From assembly GCA_003978695.1 (NCBI GenBank), contig QNYF01000062.1, positions 1 to 48,677 on the forward strand: a DNA stretch of 48,677 nt. Direction: 5' to 3'. This document shows, one piece after another, positions 45,600 to 48,677 of this stretch (within the stretch, counting starts at the first letter, position 1; each line of letters starts with the position of its first letter). Origin of the DNA: Desulfobulbus sp. (lineage in GTDB: Bacteria; Desulfobacterota; Desulfobulbia; Desulfobulbales; Desulfobulbaceae). The notes under the pieces are model-generated. The model saw nothing but the letters and a program-made list of their open reading frames with translations. It made no database searches and had not been told where the DNA came from. The position numbers were made by a program, and so were the translations under genes.

Positions 45600-47012
45600 T
45601 CAAAACCGCCGTTGGACAAAACAGCAGGACAAAACAGCAATGATATCTCCTGCACGGGATTTTCTGCCTAAAAAATCAAGTATGCCCTCGGTATCGGAAA
45701 AATAATGGGCATCAATTTCCTGCCTCCGCAGAGCTGCAACAAGCGTCTGTGAAGAAAACTGTTCTTCGGGAGGCAAGGTCGCAAGCGGGACAATTTCCGG
45801 GATAATGACACGATCTGATCCGGTAAACGCCGTTGCATACTGCTGCTGAAAAACAGCTCGCCTGCTCGAGTTGGTGCGCGGCTCAAAAACTATCACCAGA
45901 CGGCGATCAGGCCAGGCAAGTCGAAGCGCCTTTATTGTTTCCTTTACCGCTGTAGGGTGATGGGCAAAATCATCAAGCACAAGAATATCATTCACCTCTC
46001 CCCTGACCTGTTGCCGCCGCTTGACCCCCTCAAAAGAGGCCAGTCCCTGGTGAATCGCTGTGCGATCAATTCCCAGGTGATCCATGAGAGCAATGACAGC
46101 AAGGCTGTTCAACCCGTTATGAATGCCTGGCATGGGCAACGAAAACCTGCCGTAAACAACCCCATCTTTTCTGGCTGTAAAGCTGCTGCTCATCCCTGAT
46201 GGACGAAAATCCTCCAGCTGCCACCGGCAATCAGCTCCTGTGCCATAACTGATAACCCGGCTATGGCACTGACCCGCAATCTCAGCAACAACCGGATCAT
46301 CCATACAGGCCACCAGAGCGCCGTCTTTCGGGATAAGGCCGACAAAACGGGAAAAAGAGGCTTTGATCTGATCCAGATCAGCAAAAATATCTGCATGATC
46401 AAACTCTATGGAGGTCAGGATGGCACAATGAGGGCGATAATGGAGAAATTTGGAGACTTTATTAAAAAATGCCGTATCATATTCATCCCCCTCCACCACA
46501 AAAAACTCCCCCTTGCCCAGACGGTAATTCCTGCCAAACGCCTCAACAATACCGCCAATGAGAAACCCCGGCGACGAGCCGGCACGATACAGAGCCGTTG
46601 CCAACATGGACGAGGTCGTTGTTTTGCCGTGGGTACCGGCAACAACAAGAGAGGTTAGATTCTGCAGAAAAAAATGACCCAGTGCCTGGGGCATGGAAAG
46701 GTAAGGAATCTTTAACCGTGCCAGGGCCTCAGCCTCTGCAAAAACAGCCTGAATAACATTCCCGACAATAACGAGATCAGGCCGTTCTTCGAGATTTTCC
46801 GCCCTGTACCCTTCCATGACATCAATGCCGGCCTCAGCCAGAAAGTCGGACATGGGCGGATACACATTCTGATCTGACCCCGTTACTCTATAGCCCTGCT
46901 CTTTCAGCATTCCGGCCATGGCAGCCATGCCGGTTCCGCAGACCCCCATCACATGAATATGATGTACTTCTCCGGGAGCTTTATTGAGTTGTGGATCCAG
47001 CCGTGCACCCAT
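45600..47012 (-). CDS. mpl: UDP-N-acetylmuramate:L-alanyl-gamma-D-glutamyl-meso-diaminopimelate ligase, 3' end frameshifted by a 13-bp tandem duplication
   Basis: HIHVMGVCGTGMAAMAGMLKEQGYRVTGSDQNVYPPMSDFL (YPPMS is typical of Mpl), GTHGKTTTSSM and DDFAHHPTA. The intact frame would continue to TAA at 45544-45542. Confidence 0.85.
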   Translation of the reverse strand: MGARLDPQLNKAPGEVHHIHVMGVCGTGMAAMAGMLKEQGYRVTGSDQNVYPPMSDFLAEAGIDVMEGYRAENLEERPDLVIVGNVIQAVFAEAEALARLKIPYLSMPQALGHFFLQNLTSLVVAGTHGKTTTSSMLATALYRAGSSPGFLIGGIVEAFGRNYRLGKGEFFVVEGDEYDTAFFNKVSKFLHYRPHCAILTSIEFDHADIFADLDQIKASFSRFVGLIPKDGALVACMDDPVVAEIAGQCHSRVISYGTGADCRWQLEDFRPSGMSSSFTARKDGVVYGRFSLPMPGIHNGLNSLAVIALMDHLGIDRTAIHQGLASFEGVKRRQQVRGEVNDILVLDDFAHHPTAVKETIKALRLAWPDRRLVIVFEPRTNSSRRAVFQQQYATAFTGSDRVIIPEIVPLATLPPEEQFSSQTLVAALRRQEIDAHYFSDTEGILDFLGRKSRAGDIIAVLSCCFVQRRF

Positions 47013-47191
47013 TAGAAATCCTTTGCCGAGGATTTGACAGTCTGAAAAACCCGCTCATAGGTCTCTTCAAAATTCGCTGGTGTCAGCCGCCCGACTTCAA
47101 TAAATTTAACAACAATTTCCTTGGTTACCTTGAAAACCGCCTCATCTGTGATCGGTCGATTGTACGGTTTGCTGTTTTGTTGTTCAGACAT
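47012..47191 (-). CDS. small hypothetical protein (59 aa) translationally coupled to mpl
   Basis: ATG at 47191 with GGAG 8 nt upstream. Sequence MSEQQNSKPYNRPITDEAVFKVTKEIVVKFIEVGRLTPANFEETYERVFQTVKSSAKDF. Its stop overlaps the mpl start (TAATG). The longer ORF from 47290 lacks an RBS. Confidence 0.55.
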   Translation of the reverse strand: MSEQQNSKPYNRPITDEAVFKVTKEIVVKFIEVGRLTPANFEETYERVFQTVKSSAKDF

Positions 47192-47301
47192 GTGTCTCAC
47201 TCCACAGGTTACAGACTTAAAGGTCTGCCAGGGATGGTGGTCACCGGCAGAAAAAGACAGCCCGCCCCAAGAGGGCAGGACATTACACACGAGCTTTGCA
47301 A

Positions 47302-47356
47302 TAAAAAACCCCTGTTGCTGGGAAGAAGGCCAATTCTAGTCCAGAGCAACAGGGGT
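47302..47356 (-). terminator. rho-independent terminator after the 205-aa secreted-protein gene
   Basis: Stem CCCCTGTTGCT (47309-19) / AGCAACAGGGG (47345-55), followed on the minus strand by TTTTTTATT. Confidence 0.6.
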
Positions 47357-47427
47357 CCTCTTCTCTCACAGGAAAAACCTATGCAGCACTCCCCGGGAGA
47401 ATGATCTCAGGAAATATGTTTCCTATA

Positions 47428-48045
47428 TCAATTCTTTGCCAGCAGCACAAAATCGATGCCGCTGGCATAATCAATCAATGTCTGCTTTTCGACTCTGGTC
47501 CCTTTCACTGTTACCATAAAACGGTTGGCAACAACGATGTTTACCTCACCATTTTTTGTCTTGTCATCATATTTGATAATGGCCCGCTGGCCTTTAACGG
47601 TTACAAGACTGCCTCCGGCTGCACCGGCAAACATGGGATTTTTGAGCATCATCATCACTGACTGTAATACAGGGGAGTCAGAGACAATCTCCACGGAAAC
47701 CGCCGCTCCTGCTTTGCTATAATCACGGCTCACAGTAACCCCGCCTCCAAACACTGCCGTACCAAGGGTCTGGGCGCTGGCCGGTTTTGCCTGCCAGCCC
47801 GCAAGCGGCTCAGGCAGCAGATCTTTCATCCGTTCACTTTTCTTCTGGCGGACAAGCTGGGACGCGTAATCAAGGTTGGACGCCGCCCCGGCAAAATCAC
47901 CGACCCGGTACTGTTTAATGGCCTGATCAATGGTCGTCAGGACAGCATCTGTTCCCTCAGCAGCCAGCAGCGGATTGACGATAAACCCGACAATCACCAG
48001 AACCAAGACACAAACGTTTTGCTGTTTCATTCGTTTTTTCCCCAC
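47428..48045 (-). CDS. secreted hypothetical protein
   Basis: Signal peptide MGKKRMKQQNVCVLVLVIVGFIVNPLLAAEG. The mature part is protein-like, but no family is recognised. Confidence 0.65.
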   Translation of the reverse strand: MGKKRMKQQNVCVLVLVIVGFIVNPLLAAEGTDAVLTTIDQAIKQYRVGDFAGAASNLDYASQLVRQKKSERMKDLLPEPLAGWQAKPASAQTLGTAVFGGGVTVSRDYSKAGAAVSVEIVSDSPVLQSVMMMLKNPMFAGAAGGSLVTVKGQRAIIKYDDKTKNGEVNIVVANRFMVTVKGTRVEKQTLIDYASGIDFVLLAKN

Positions 48046-48156
48046 ACAATAAAAACTCTTTTATATGGCGTTGTGATACCAGTTAACGGCCCTCTGTGTC
48101 AAGCAAAGATGACCGCTCCGCACACTTGAAAGACAACCTTTCATCCAGATTCTATC

Positions 48157-48185
48157 TTGTTGCCCCGGCTTATTTGGGATACAAT
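48157..48185 (+). promoter_or_regulatory. candidate sigma70-type promoter for the P-loop gene
   Basis: TTGTTG (48157-62), a 17-nt spacer, then TACAAT (48180-85), about 70 nt upstream of the ATG at 48256. Pattern only. Confidence 0.3.
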
Positions 48186-48255
48186 CAGATGAAAGAAATC
48201 TTCTCTTCCTTTTATTCATTTCAGCAGCTGTATTTGCTGTATTATCAGGATAATA

Positions 48256-48677
48256 ATGGCTGATCCCTTCAGAAAAAAACTCGTCCCGATCACAAAGCTG
48301 CAAACAATCCGTGGCGTGCAACTCCCCATAGGCCTTGATTTTATCCAGCTTGTAGTCACCGGTCCGCCCGGTGCGGGGAAAACCTATTATATCAACACGA
48401 TCCATGGCTGGCCCAACGAGGGATATCTTGATCTGACCCGCAAGGGCTGGTGGAAAGACCGTTCCCTCACCTACCGCCCCCGTGAGGTCCACCTGGGCCT
48501 GCCCTTTGAAGGAGTGCCCCAGGGGCTTGCTGTTTTTGATCAGCAGTGGTTGGAGGCATCTCCTCCGCTCAAACTGCAGCTCAATCGTTTTCAGCTCCCC
48601 CCTGACGGCAGCAGATTTTTGCAGACTGACTGGCGACAGCGGTATATTTTCGAATTTCTTCTTCCGACAGCCGATAT
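48256..48677 (+). CDS. P-loop NTPase of unknown family, 5' partial (runs off window end)
   Basis: My own translation from the ATG at 48256: MADPFRKKLVPITKLQTIRGVQLPIGLDFIQLVVTGPPGAGKTYYINTIHGWPNEGYLDLTRKGWWKDRSLTYRPREVHLGLPFEGVPQGLAVFDQQWLEASPPLKLQLNRFQLPPDGSRFLQTDWRQRYIFEFLLPTAD... The frame is open to the window end and carries Walker A GPPGAGKT. It is not in the ORF track because there is no stop. Confidence 0.65.
   Translation, partial: MADPFRKKLVPITKLQTIRGVQLPIGLDFIQLVVTGPPGAGKTYYINTIHGWPNEGYLDLTRKGWWKDRSLTYRPREVHLGLPFEGVPQGLAVFDQQWLEASPPLKLQLNRFQLPPDGSRFLQTDWRQRYIFEFLLPTAD

Noticed and set aside
48061-48492. 143-aa ORF on the minus strand
   Set aside because: It is antisense to a longer open frame with a Walker A motif, its 3' part covers a promoter-like AT-rich region, and its sequence is not protein-like. 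I judged it a shadow ORF.

Overview
This 48.7 kb window looks like ordinary chromosome from an anaerobic, probably Desulfobulbales-like, deltaproteobacterium. That taxonomic guess rests on gene content only and is unverified. All calls come from reading the supplied ORF translations and the DNA by eye; no homology search was run. About 40 protein genes can be supported. (1) 1.4-13.2 kb holds a complex I (nuo) operon, nuoABCDHIJK-X-Y-L-M-N. It has no nuoE/F/G and carries four antiporter-like subunits instead of three, plus a 91-aa two-helix ORF. (2) 13.3-19.5 kb holds a LysR regulator divergent from an isochorismatase-family hydrolase and two tandem periplasmic PEBP (YbhB/YbcL) paralogs, then a PPK2 with a lysine-rich tail and a CBS-CBS-PAS-LuxR regulator. 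(3) 19.6-30 kb holds sulfur and one-carbon genes: mtnA plus a class II aldolase, and then a homocysteine-methyltransferase/MTHFR fusion, metK, ahcY, a 3D-domain lipoprotein and trmFO. (4) The remainder holds fabL, a DUF362 protein, a 643-aa aconitase, serA, an M1-peptidase/ChaN fusion with a PDZ ORF, dus, a DUF4124-glutaredoxin, tilS, pntAA/AB/B, mpl, small and secreted hypotheticals, and a P-loop gene that runs off the 3' end and is absent from the ORF track. I found no rRNA, tRNA, CRISPR array, transposase, integrase or recognisable defence genes. The most unusual signals are: (a) a dense family of mosaic palindromic intergenic repeats, ERIC/Correia-like, at 9-10 loci totalling about 1.3 kb; (b) two further palindromic insertions between nuoM and nuoN, one flanked by a 7-bp direct repeat; (c) the EFG-less complex I with an extra pump subunit; (d) a perfect 13-bp tandem duplication that frameshifts the 3' end of mpl; and (e) an apparent frameshift in the first gene.
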